Source of the DNA: Spirochaetia bacterium
GTDB taxonomy: Bacteria > Spirochaetota > Spirochaetia > SZUA-6 > Bin103
Direction: 5' to 3'
Length of the DNA stretch: 64,000 nucleotides
Assembly (NCBI GenBank): GCA_965198005.1
Contig: CBDAOI010000004.1
Location: 288,001 to 352,000, forward strand
Part shown: piece by piece, positions 28,670 to 38,169 of the stretch
Numbering within the stretch: the stretch's first letter is position 1
Layout of the letters: the number at the start of each line of letters is the position of its first letter
Notes under the pieces: model-generated
Told to the model about the DNA's origin: nothing
The model's database searches: none
What the model saw: only the letters and a program-made list of their open reading frames with translations
Position numbers and translations under genes: made by a program

Positions 28670-29657
28670 CCGATGTCTCCTGGCGTGCGGATGCGTGCGA
28701 CCGCTCAGCCCAGAGAGTCAACCGGTCGGTGACGATGGCCCTGAGCGGCTGTTCCCCCGGCGCGAGGGTGCTGCGTCGCCGCACGTCTCTGCAGAACTCC
28801 TCAGCTTCCGCGTAGCTGATGGCGCCAAGAGACTTTGCGATGGTCTCCGCGGTGCGACCAAGCGGCTCATCGAGGGTAGCGGCGAAACGTGCGATATAGG
28901 CGGCGAGCTCTCGCCGCGTCGGTGGGTCGAGCAGGAGGCGCACCTGAAACCGGCGCCACGCCGCGCGATCAAGGAGCTCGGCGTGGTTGGTGGCGGCTAC
29001 CACCACGGTATAGCTGGGCAGATCGTCCACCTGCATCAGGAGCGACGTTACGACGCGTTTGATCTCTCCGGTCTCGTGGACGTCACCTCGCTCCTTGCCT
29101 ACCGCATCGAATTCGTCGAAGAACAGTACGCACGGGGTCGTGCGGGCGTAGTCGAAGACTCGCTTCAGACGGGCCGCGGTCTCCCCGAGAAAGCTGCCGA
29201 TCATCGCTTCATAGCGCACCACGAAGAACGGAACGGCCAACGCTTCGGCTATCGCCTCTGCGAGCGACGTCTTGCCGTTGCCGGGCGGTCCCACCAGCAA
29301 TACTCGGTGTCGCGGCTCCAGCGAGTGCGCCCGCAGCAGCGGGGCCCGGTGCTGTTCCTCGATCAACTCGTCGCACGCGCGCCGGGCAAGATCGGAGAGG
29401 ACCAACTCCGCGATCCGCCGGCGAGGGGTCAACTCAAGAAGAAACTCCCGATGATGGCGCTGGCCGTCGCCGGCGAATCTCGCCGCGGCAGGTCTTGCCC
29501 CGTTTGCGCGCATCGCCTCGGTCAGGCGCTCGGCAAGCACATTGTGCTGTTTTGCGCGTTCCTCGGCGATGATCGCTTCCGCAACGGAGCGGGCGCGCGT
29601 CGCGTCGCCGCTCGACCCGGCCTTCACCAGCGAAACGAGGAGGTCGCTCCGCGCCAT
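28527..29657 (-). CDS. AAA+ ATPase (IetA-like), with probably read-through C-terminus
   Basis: MARSDLLVSLV, GPPGNGKT, FFDEFD, HETGEIKRVV, ATNH, LDRAAWRRF; upstream of the S8 protease. Confidence 0.85.
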   Translation of the reverse strand: MARSDLLVSLVKAGSSGDATRARSVAEAIIAEERAKQHNVLAERLTEAMRANGARPAAARFAGDGQRHHREFLLELTPRRRIAELVLSDLARRACDELIEEQHRAPLLRAHSLEPRHRVLLVGPPGNGKTSLAEAIAEALAVPFFVVRYEAMIGSFLGETAARLKRVFDYARTTPCVLFFDEFDAVGKERGDVHETGEIKRVVTSLLMQVDDLPSYTVVVAATNHAELLDRAAWRRFQVRLLLDPPTRRELAAYIARFAATLDEPLGRTAETIAKSLGAISYAEAEEFCRDVRRRSTLAPGEQPLRAIVTDRLTLWAERSHASARQETSVGGVSVDARRAQAAEAGCSYLTGHGRATGWGRSSSASAPSSTKNATR

Positions 29658-29932
29658 GACAGTACCCCCGTGTTCCGAACTGCTCCGGATTGGAGCACAT
29701 TTTCCTCATGGTATGCTGCCAGGCACGGAACGTCCACCAACCGACGGCACCGGAGATCGAGGACGTCCGTCCGCCGACCGCCTCGTGATTGGACGGCCCG
29801 CCGCCGTCGCCGGATCAGGACGCGACGATCAGTTCGGTTTCGCCCGCTCCCGTGCCTGGCCGTTGCCGCGCTCGCGCAGGCGCGCCTCCAGTTCGGCCAC
29901 CCGTGATGACAGCCGCGCCACATAGCGCGACG

Positions 29933-31534
29933 ATGGCGGCCGTGCGCACGTTCAATACCGCTGGGCCGGTGCGAGTGGAACGGCACTACCAGATCGCGCC
30001 GCTGTCGCGGATCGACCTTGAGGAAGTGCTCGGCCTGATCCGCGACGAGAAGTACCTCGTGCTGCACGCGCCGCGGCAGACCGGCAAGACCTCGGCGCTG
30101 CTGGCACTGCGCGACCTGTTGAACGGCGGGGAGGCCGGTGACTTCCGCTGCATGTATGCCAACGTCGAAAACGGTCAGGCGATGCGCGAGAACGTGGCCG
30201 AAGCGATGCGCACCGTGCTTGCCGAGCTGGCGTACCAGGCGAGCGTGACGCTGGACGACGAGACCCTGGAAGAGCTGTGGCCCGCGCTTCTGGAACGGGT
30301 CGGGCCGGCTCAGGCGCTGCGCCAGGCGCTGGCGCGCTGGTGCATGGCCGACCCGCGTCCGCTGGTACTCCTGATCGACGAGATCGACGCGCTGGTGGGC
30401 GACACCCTGCTCTCCGTGCTGCGACAACTGCGTACCGGGTACGTCGACCGCCCGCGGGGCTTTCCGCACAGCATCGTCCTGTGCGGGCTGCGCGACGTGC
30501 GCGACTACCGCATCCACTCGTCGGCGGAGAACCGCCTGGTGCTCGGCGGCAGCGCGTTCAACATCAAGTCGGAGTCGTTGCGGCTCGGCGACTTTAGCGA
30601 GCAGGAGACGCGTGCCCTGACCGCGCAGCACACGGAACAGACCGGGCAGGCGTTCACGGAAGATGCGCTGGAGTTGATCTGGCAGCGCACCGCCGGCCAG
30701 CCGTGGCTGGTGAACGCGCTGTGCTACGACGCCTGCTTCCGCCATAAGCCGGGCCGCGACCGTGCGCGCCCGATCACGGCGGCGGCCGTGCTGGAGGCGC
30801 AGGAGCGGCTTATCCTGCGTCGTGACACGCACATCGACGACCTGGCGCACAAGCTGCGCGAAGAGCGTGTGCGGCTTGTCATCGAACCGATCCTGGCCGG
30901 CGCCGACGAGATCAGATTCTCCGAGGAGGATCTAGCCTACACCTGCGACCTGGGGCTGGTCGCGCGGGCCGCCGACGGGCCGCCGCACATCGCCAACCCG
31001 ATCTATGCGGAGGTGGTGCCGCGCCACCTGAACTACGTGGTCCAGGAGACGCTGCCGCAACGGATGGCGTGGTACGTGGACGCTCAGGGCGCCCTGGACG
31101 TGGCGGGGCTGATCGCGGCATTCCAGGCGTTCTTCCGGCAGCACTCCGAGCACTGGGTGCAGCGCTTCGAGCGGTACCACGAGGCAGGGCCGCAGTTGCT
31201 GCTGCAGGCGCACCTGCAGCGGGTGGTGAACGGCGGCGGCCGGATCGAGCGGGAGTACGCGCTGGGGCGAGGCACGACCGACCTGCTGATCGCGTGGCTG
31301 CAGGGTGGGCGCGAACGGCGCTGGGTGGTGGAGTGCAAGCTGCGGCGCGGCGACCTGGAGCGTACCATCGCGGAAGGACTGGCGCAGACGCGCGCCTACG
31401 TGGACCGGTGCGCTGCCGAGGCGGGCCACCTGGTCGTGTTCGATCGCTCGCCGGGGCGGACCTGGGAGCAGAAGATCTTCCGCCGCGAGGCGCCGCCCGG
31501 CGAGGACGCCTCGGTCACGGTCTGGGGCATGTAG
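29933..31534 (+). CDS. AAA ATPase with C-terminal PD-(D/E)xK-like domain, copy 2
   Basis: FNTAGP, APRQTGKTS, LIDEID, REYALGRG.TDL, VVECK, ends VWGM*. Confidence 0.88.
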   Translation: MAAVRTFNTAGPVRVERHYQIAPLSRIDLEEVLGLIRDEKYLVLHAPRQTGKTSALLALRDLLNGGEAGDFRCMYANVENGQAMRENVAEAMRTVLAELAYQASVTLDDETLEELWPALLERVGPAQALRQALARWCMADPRPLVLLIDEIDALVGDTLLSVLRQLRTGYVDRPRGFPHSIVLCGLRDVRDYRIHSSAENRLVLGGSAFNIKSESLRLGDFSEQETRALTAQHTEQTGQAFTEDALELIWQRTAGQPWLVNALCYDACFRHKPGRDRARPITAAAVLEAQERLILRRDTHIDDLAHKLREERVRLVIEPILAGADEIRFSEEDLAYTCDLGLVARAADGPPHIANPIYAEVVPRHLNYVVQETLPQRMAWYVDAQGALDVAGLIAAFQAFFRQHSEHWVQRFERYHEAGPQLLLQAHLQRVVNGGGRIEREYALGRGTTDLLIAWLQGGRERRWVVECKLRRGDLERTIAEGLAQTRAYVDRCAAEAGHLVVFDRSPGRTWEQKIFRREAPPGEDASVTVWGM

Positions 31535-31691
31535 CGCCATCGTCTACCCGATGAACGCCCTCGCCAACAGCCAACACGAGGAGCTCGCGAAGTTCGAGGA
31601 CCGCGAGGTGGTCAGAGCGGCACAAGGGCTCCGGTTCCTGGTGTTCGACGAGTTGCATACGTACCGGGGCCGCCAGTGGGCCGATGTCGCG
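31535..31691 (+). pseudogene. internally deleted fragment of a DEAD/DEAH (DUF1998-type) helicase
   Basis: IVYPMNALANSQ directly joined to LRFLVFDELHTYRGRQ.ADVA. Confidence 0.72.
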
Positions 31692-32709
31692 CGACGAGTA
31701 CCACCGTGTGTTGCTGGAGCGCCTACACGGGCAACATCGATGGGAGAACGAGCCTGTCCCGGACTGGACGGTCGACGACCTTGATGCGAGTGAGATCACC
31801 CGCACCATTGATGAAGCGATCCGCCGTCGTCGGGCCGAAGATCCCGGAACACGTGATCCCACGGAACTACTGCGCGCATTCGGCCTGATCCGCGGCGACC
31901 GGCTACTCCGCGCCGCGATCGTGTTGTTCGGCAGATCCGAGCGGGCGGGCGCCGAGTATCCACAGTGCATGCTACGCGTAGCGAGATTCCGCGGCACCGC
32001 CCGCACCGACGAGTTCCTGGACAACCGACAGTTCCACGGCAACGCATTCACACTCCTGAGGAGTGCGGAACGCTTCTTCCGCGAGAACCTGCCCATCGCC
32101 GGACGTATCGAGCCCGATCGCTTCGAACGGGTGGACGATCCGCTCTATCCGCCGCCGGCTTTACGCGAGGCACTTGCGAACGCTATCTGCCACCGGGACT
32201 ACTCGATCGGCGGAGGATCCGTGGCCGCCGCGATTTACGACGACCGCCTTGAAGTGACATCTTCGGGGCCGCTGCACTTCGGGCTCACTCCCGAGGCTCT
32301 GTTCCAGCCCCATGAGTCGTTGCCCTGGAACCCGCTCATCGCACGGGTCTTCTACCTGCGCGGAATCATCGAGCAGTGGGGCCGGGGAACCATCAAGATG
32401 AGGGAACTTATCACAGATGCTGGACTACCGGCGCCGGAGATCGAGGACGCCGGCGGATGCGTGACCGTGCGTTTCAGACCGGGCGTCTACGTCCTCAGTC
32501 GTGTCGAGCGGGACATATCCGATCGCCAGAGAGCCGTCCTTTCCCTGCTGGCGGGATCGCGCGACGGATACGCCCTGCGCGAGATTGTTCCGTTACTGAA
32601 TAGCTTAGCCACTTCACGACAGGTACGAGAGGATCTGTGGATCTTGCGAACGCTGGGCTTGGCTGAATGCCGGGGACGTGGCCGTGGGGCGCGGTGGAAA
32701 CGCCGATAG
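31684..32709 (+). pseudogene. AlbA_2/RecG-C-like regulator lacking its N-terminal AlbA domain
   Basis: LREALANAICHRDY, YDDRLEV, WNPLIA, WGRG, C-terminal wHTH; begins at the junction with the helicase fragment. Confidence 0.7.
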
Positions 32710-32810
32710 TTCCGGCGCATTCCGGCTTATTCTGTCTTATTCCGGCTCATTGATCGGCCATTTACGCCGGAGGCTTGCGTCCGCTCATTCTCATACCTTC
32801 TCATACCGAT
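32710..32810. repeat. imperfect 10-bp tandem repeats
   Basis: TTCCGGCGCA/TTCCGGCTTA/TTCTGTCTTA/TTCCGGCTCA then TTCTCATACC x2. Confidence 0.65.
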
Positions 32811-32821
32811 TCTGTCGCGGT

Positions 32822-32843
32822 CCCCACGTAGTTCGACATGGTG
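32822..32843 (-). repeat. second displaced nadB fragment
   Basis: CCCCACGTAGTTCGACATGGTG matches 38395-38416 at 21/22. Confidence 0.6.
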
Positions 32844-32870
32844 ATGACAGGCGCGCCACATAGCGCGACA

Positions 32871-34472
32871 ATGGCGGTCGTGCGCACGTTCAATACCGCG
32901 GGCCCGGTGCGGGGGCACCGGCACTACCAGATCGCGCCGCTGTCGCGGATCGACCTTGAGGAAGTGCTCGGCCTGATCCGCGACGAGAAGTACTTCGTGC
33001 TGCACGCGCCGCGGCAGACCGGCAAGACCTCCGCGCTGCTGGCGCTGCGCGACCTGCTGAATGCCGGGGAGGCGGGCGACTTCCGCTGCCTGTACGCCAA
33101 CGTCGAAAACGGTCAGGCGATGCGCGAGAACGTGGCGGAAGCCATGCGCACCGTGCTTGCCGAGCTGGCGTACCAGGCGAGCGTGACGCTGGACGACGAG
33201 ACCCTGGAAGAGCTGTGGCCCGCGCTTCTGGAACGGGTCGGGCCGGCTCAGGCGCTACGCCAGGCGCTGGCGCGCTGGTGCATGGCCGACCCGCGTCCGC
33301 TGGTACTGCTGATCGACGAGATCGACGCGCTGGTGGGCGATACCCTGCTGTCGGTGCTGCGGCAGCTTCGTACCGGGTACGTCGACCGCCCGCAGCGCTT
33401 TCCGCACAGTATCGTCCTCTGCGGGCTGCGCGACGTGCGCGACTACCGCATCCACTCGTCAGCGGAGAATCGCCTGGTGCTTGGCGGCAGCGCGTTCAAC
33501 ATCAAGTCCGAGTCGTTGCGGCTCGGCGACTTCACCGAGCAGGAGATCCGCACGCTGACCGCGCAGCACACGGCACAGACCGGGCAGGCGTTCACCGAAG
33601 ATGCGCTGGAGTCGATCTGGCAGCGCACCGCAGGCCAGCCGTGGCTGGTGAACGCGCTGTGCTACGACGCCTGCTTTCGCCACAAGCCGGGCCGCGACCG
33701 TGCGCGCCCGATCACCGCGGCCGCCATCCTGGAGGCACAGGAGCGGTTGATCCTGCGTCGTGACACCCATATCGACGACCTGGCACACAAGCTGCGCGAA
33801 GAGCGCGTGCGGCGCGTGATCTCACCGATCCTGGCCGGCGCACGCCAGCAGGCGTGGTCGAACGAAGACCTCGCCTACGTCTGCGACCTGGGCCTGGTCA
33901 GGCAGGACGTGGGCGGCCGGCCGCGCATCGCCAACCCGATCTACGCGGAGGTGGTGCCACGCCACCTCAACTACGCGGTGCAGGCAGGACTGCCGCAGGA
34001 GATGGCGTGGTACGTGGACACTCACGGCGGGCTGGACGTGGCGGGGCTGATCGCGGCGTTTCAGACATTCTTCCGGGAGCACTCGGAGCACTGGGTGCAG
34101 CGCTTCGAGCAGTACCACGAGGCGGGGCCGCAGTTGCTGCTGCAGGCGCACCTGCAGCGGGTGGTGAACGGCGGCGGCCGGATCGAGCGGGAGTACGCGC
34201 TGGGGCGAGGCAGGACCGACCTGCTGATCGCGTGGCCGCAGGGTGGGCGCGAACGGCGCTGGGTGGTGGAGTGCAAGCTGCGGCGCGGCGACCTGGAGCG
34301 TACCATCGCGGAAGGACTGGCGCAGACGCGCGCCTACGTGGACCGGTGCGCTGCCGAGGCGGGCCACCTGGTCGTGTTCGACCGCTCGCCGGAGCGCACT
34401 TGGGAGCAGAAGATCTTCCGCCGCGCGGCGCCGCCCGGCATCGACATCCCGGTCACGGTGTGGGGTATGTAG
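32871..34472 (+). CDS. AAA ATPase with C-terminal PD-(D/E)xK-like domain, copy 3
   Basis: Same motifs as copy 2; near-identical except a central-C-terminal segment. Confidence 0.88.
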   Translation: MAVVRTFNTAGPVRGHRHYQIAPLSRIDLEEVLGLIRDEKYFVLHAPRQTGKTSALLALRDLLNAGEAGDFRCLYANVENGQAMRENVAEAMRTVLAELAYQASVTLDDETLEELWPALLERVGPAQALRQALARWCMADPRPLVLLIDEIDALVGDTLLSVLRQLRTGYVDRPQRFPHSIVLCGLRDVRDYRIHSSAENRLVLGGSAFNIKSESLRLGDFTEQEIRTLTAQHTAQTGQAFTEDALESIWQRTAGQPWLVNALCYDACFRHKPGRDRARPITAAAILEAQERLILRRDTHIDDLAHKLREERVRRVISPILAGARQQAWSNEDLAYVCDLGLVRQDVGGRPRIANPIYAEVVPRHLNYAVQAGLPQEMAWYVDTHGGLDVAGLIAAFQTFFREHSEHWVQRFEQYHEAGPQLLLQAHLQRVVNGGGRIEREYALGRGRTDLLIAWPQGGRERRWVVECKLRRGDLERTIAEGLAQTRAYVDRCAAEAGHLVVFDRSPERTWEQKIFRRAAPPGIDIPVTVWGM

Positions 34473-34517
34473 ACTCGTTCTGTTGCACCGCGCGGCGTAT
34501 TACGATTACCCTGATGT

Positions 34518-34790
34518 ATGACAATGTTGAGTTTTCGGGTGCAGGAAGCGGACGCACAAGCGGCCACCCGCTGGGCGACCGCCCTGGGCATCGACCGCTC
34601 GGACCTATTGCGGGAGGCGCTCCATCGCCATCTGGTCAGCCTGGCAGCAGCGACGGAAGTGAGCGCGTACGCCCGGTCGCCGTTCGATGCCGGCGAGCTC
34701 TCGCTGTCCGCAATCGCCGACTGGGGGCCCGCCGAGGAGTGGTCTGACTGGTCGGATGCCATGGACCCCACAGAGCATGAGACGCGGTGA
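34518..34790 (+). CDS. mazE: MazE-like RHH antitoxin (similar to mycobacterial MazE2)
   Basis: MLSFRV...RSDLLREALHRHL...IADWGPAEEWSDW. Confidence 0.8.
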   Translation: MTMLSFRVQEADAQAATRWATALGIDRSDLLREALHRHLVSLAAATEVSAYARSPFDAGELSLSAIADWGPAEEWSDWSDAMDPTEHETR

Positions 34791-34959
34791 AGTCTGGTTC
34801 GCGGCCACGCCGGGCGGAGACCGACCGGTGCTGGTGCTGACCCGCGATCCGGTCGCCGCCCGGATCGGCGCCGTAGTGGTGGCCGCGCTCACGCGCACCG
34901 AACGCGGGCTGGTTATGGCGGAGGCATGCCGTACCCTCCGCGACGCTCTCGGCTGCTGA
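34777..34959 (+). pseudogene. mazF: MazF/PemK toxin with in-frame internal deletion
   Basis: MRRGEVWFAATPGGDRPVLVLTRD...RGLV joined to EACRTLR; only 60 aa. Confidence 0.8.
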
Positions 34960-35057
34960 GCTCAGCGCGTCAACCCGAAAACAGGTTCCGTCATACCGGG
35001 CTCCACTCGGTGCAAAGAGAGACGAAAGACCTCATGAGCCGCAGGTCCAGCAGTACC

Positions 35058-35140
35058 GTCGTTGCCGGCCACGGTGGCGGTGTCGCCGTCGGGCCGAAGC
35101 AGGGTCGCCAGGACGCGGATCAGCGTGGTCTTGCCGGCGC
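35058..35140 (-). repeat. displaced fragment of the ABC ATPase gene at 43 kb
   Basis: 77/83 nt identical to 43165-43247 (AGKTTLIRVLATLLRPD). Confidence 0.8.
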
Positions 35141-35192
35141 GATGATGCCCGGCGCCACGGCGGCGCTGAATACTTCGTAAACGAACAGTACG

Positions 35193-36461
35193 ATGGGGCG
35201 CATGAGATTCATGCCGATTGTCCTGCTCTTTGGCTTGGTCGCCGCGAACGCTGTTGCCAGTCCCGCCGGGGAGGCCGCCGGCACGTCCCCGGCCGCCGAT
35301 GCTCTCGGCACGGTGGAGGTCGGCGCCGGTGAGGCGGTGCAGATCCGTTCGCTGCTGTCGCATACCGGCGCGGATTCCCTGGGCGCGTCGTTGCGCTACG
35401 GCGTCGAGTTGGCGGTACGCGACTACGGCGACCTCCTCGGCCACGCGATCGAGCTCGGCGACCCGCTGGACAGCGGATGCTCGCCCGAGACTGGCCGCGA
35501 AGGTGCGCGCCGGATCGCCGCCGACGCCCGGGTGATCGGCGTCATCGGCACCTCCTGCTCGGCTGCGGCGGTGGCCGTCTCGCCGCTGCTCAGCGCGGCG
35601 GGACTGGTGCTGGTGTCGCCATCCAACACCTCGCCGCGGCTCACCTCCGACTTGGCCGGCACCGCCGGCTCCGACCACCACCCGGGCTACTTCCGGGTGT
35701 CCAACAACGACCTCTACGGCGCCGTCGCCGTAGCCGACTTCGCCTACGGCGAGCTGGGCCGGCGGCGGATGGCGGCCATCCACGACGGCGACCCCTACAC
35801 CACGGCCCTGGTGAGCGCGTTCGGGGCCGCGTTCCGCGACCGCGGCGGCGAGCTGGTAGCCACCGTCGGCATCGACAAGGGCGACACCGACCTGACCGCG
35901 GTGCTCGCCCAGTTCGCAGCCGCCGAGCCCGACGGGCTATTCTTCCCGTTGTTCGTGGCGGAAGGCTCGGCGTTCGCCCTGCAGGCGCGCGCCTTCGACG
36001 GTCTGCAGGACGCGACGCTCATCACCGGCGCCGCCATGCTGGTCTCGGAGTTCCTCGGCATGGCCCACTCCGAGGGCATCTACTTCGCCGGGCCGGAGTC
36101 ATCCCACGGCGGCAGCGCCAACGTCGCCACCGGCAGGGACGCGGCCGCGGTGCTCGCCGATTTTCACGCCGCCTACGGCGCGCCCACCTCGCCCTACTGG
36201 GCCTTCGCCTACGACGCCGCCACCCTGCTCCTCAGCGCCATCGAGGCGGCCGCCGTGGCCGAGAGCGGCAAGCTCACCGTGAACCGGACCGCGCTGCGGG
36301 CGACGCTGACCGCCACACAGGGGTTTCGCGGCATCACCGGCGTCCTCTCCTGCGACGCCTTCGGCGACTGCGGCACCGGTCGTATCAACATCTACCACCA
36401 CCAGGACGCGGGCACCACCGACGCCGCCCAGCTCGCGGTGGTGTACCGCTTCTCCCCGTGA
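35193..36461 (+). CDS. branched-chain amino acid ABC transporter substrate-binding protein
   Basis: Signal peptide, DSGCS, IGTSCSAA, SPSNT, YFRV, AYDAA. Confidence 0.88.
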   Translation: MGRMRFMPIVLLFGLVAANAVASPAGEAAGTSPAADALGTVEVGAGEAVQIRSLLSHTGADSLGASLRYGVELAVRDYGDLLGHAIELGDPLDSGCSPETGREGARRIAADARVIGVIGTSCSAAAVAVSPLLSAAGLVLVSPSNTSPRLTSDLAGTAGSDHHPGYFRVSNNDLYGAVAVADFAYGELGRRRMAAIHDGDPYTTALVSAFGAAFRDRGGELVATVGIDKGDTDLTAVLAQFAAAEPDGLFFPLFVAEGSAFALQARAFDGLQDATLITGAAMLVSEFLGMAHSEGIYFAGPESSHGGSANVATGRDAAAVLADFHAAYGAPTSPYWAFAYDAATLLLSAIEAAAVAESGKLTVNRTALRATLTATQGFRGITGVLSCDAFGDCGTGRINIYHHQDAGTTDAAQLAVVYRFSP

Positions 36462-36623
36462 CCCGCCGCCACAGACGCGGGCCCGGTCGAGTACCGGGAG
36501 CGTCAGCACGCACGGGATCTTCCCCGCCCAGATACGGCGGCGGTGCAATCCCGGCGCGGACCGGTCGCCGGATGCCGATCTCCCCAGGTTGTCATGCCGG
36601 CGCCGGCATTGTAGCATCCGAGG

Positions 36624-37976
36624 ATGAGTGCATCGTCGGCGCGAGAACGTCAGGGCCAATCCACCGGTTTGAACCTTGAGCCCTACTGGATGCCGTTTAC
36701 CGGCAACCGCTACTTCAAGAAGCACCCGCGGCTGATCGCCGCGGCGAGCGGTGTGCGCTGCACCACGGCCGACGGCCGCATACTCCTCGACGGAGCCGCC
36801 GGGATGTGGTGCTGCAACGCCGGCCACTGCCATCCCACGATCGTCGCGGCGGTGCAGGCGCAGGTGGCGAAGCTCGACTACGCGATGGCGTTTCAGGTCG
36901 GCCACCCCTCGGTATTCGAGCTGGCCGAGCGCCTTACCGCGATGGCGCCGTCGGAGTTCGACCATGCCTTCTTCGTCAACTCCGGCTCCGAGGCGGTGGA
37001 CACCGCGCTCAAGATCGCGCTCGGCTATCACCGTGCCCGCGGGGAGGGCACGCGGGTGCGGTTGATCGGACGGGAACGCGGCTACCACGGGGTCGGATTC
37101 GGCGGCATGTCGGTAGGGGGCATCACCCCGAATCGGAAGACCTTCGCGGGCGCGTTGCTGCCGGCGGTCGATCATCTGCCCCACACGCACGACCTGCAGC
37201 GGAATGCGTTCAGCCGTGGCCAGCCGCAGCACGGCGCCGAGCTTGCCGATGTCCTCGAGCAACTGGTCGCGCTGCACGACGCGTCGACGATCGCGGCGGT
37301 GATCGTGGAGCCGGTGGCCGGCTCGGCCGGCGTGCTGCTGCCGCCGCAGGGCTACCTGGAGCGTCTGCGCGAGATCTGCACGGCGCACGGCATCCTGCTG
37401 ATCTTCGACGAGGTGATTACGGGCTTCGGCCGCCTCGGCGCGAGCTTCGCCGCCGAGCGCTTCGGGGTGGTGCCCGACCTCATAACCGTCGCGAAGGGTC
37501 TGACCAGCGGCGTGGTGCCGATGGGCGGGGTGCTGGTGCGCAGGGAGCTCTACGACGCATTCATGAGCGGTCCCGAGGAAGCCATCGAGCTGTTTCACGG
37601 CCACACCTACTCCGGCCATCCCGTCGCCGCCGTGGCCGCGCTCGCCGCGCTGGAGGTCTACCGCGACCAGGACCTGTTCGCGCGCGCGCGGCGGCTCGAG
37701 CCGATTCTGGAGGACGCGCTGCACGCGTTGCGCGGGGCCCGTCACGTCATCGACGTGCGCAACCTGGGGCTGGTCGGGGCGGTCGAACTGGAGCCGGCTG
37801 CCGGCGCGCCCGGCAGACGTGGCGCAGCCGTGTTCCGCGGATGCTTCGACCGCGACGCCATCGTCCGGACCACGGGGGATACCATCGCGCTGTCACCGCC
37901 CCTCACTATGGAGCAGACCGAGATCCACCAGATCGTCGACACCGTCGGTCGGGTGTTGGGCGACCTCGACTACTAG
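36624..37976 (+). CDS. class III aminotransferase (omega-amino acid/beta-alanine:pyruvate)
   Basis: YWMPFTGNR, SGSEAVD, YHG, FDEVITGFGRLG, AKGLT, LFHGHTYSGHP. Confidence 0.92.
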   Translation: MSASSARERQGQSTGLNLEPYWMPFTGNRYFKKHPRLIAAASGVRCTTADGRILLDGAAGMWCCNAGHCHPTIVAAVQAQVAKLDYAMAFQVGHPSVFELAERLTAMAPSEFDHAFFVNSGSEAVDTALKIALGYHRARGEGTRVRLIGRERGYHGVGFGGMSVGGITPNRKTFAGALLPAVDHLPHTHDLQRNAFSRGQPQHGAELADVLEQLVALHDASTIAAVIVEPVAGSAGVLLPPQGYLERLREICTAHGILLIFDEVITGFGRLGASFAAERFGVVPDLITVAKGLTSGVVPMGGVLVRRELYDAFMSGPEEAIELFHGHTYSGHPVAAVAALAALEVYRDQDLFARARRLEPILEDALHALRGARHVIDVRNLGLVGAVELEPAAGAPGRRGAAVFRGCFDRDAIVRTTGDTIALSPPLTMEQTEIHQIVDTVGRVLGDLDY

Positions 37977-38169
37977 TCCGGGTCGGCGTCGGCGTGCGCT
38001 CAGGCGATGCCGAGGATCTGGCGAGCGTCGGCGGTGGTCGCCACCTCCATCTGCGCGTTGCTCTTGAGCGGCCGGGATGTTGGTCGCGCGTCGGCACCGA
38101 GCCGGTCAAGCTCTCAAGTCCCGTCGAATCGACCCGCATGTCCACCGGCGTACCGGCGAGACACTGCAG

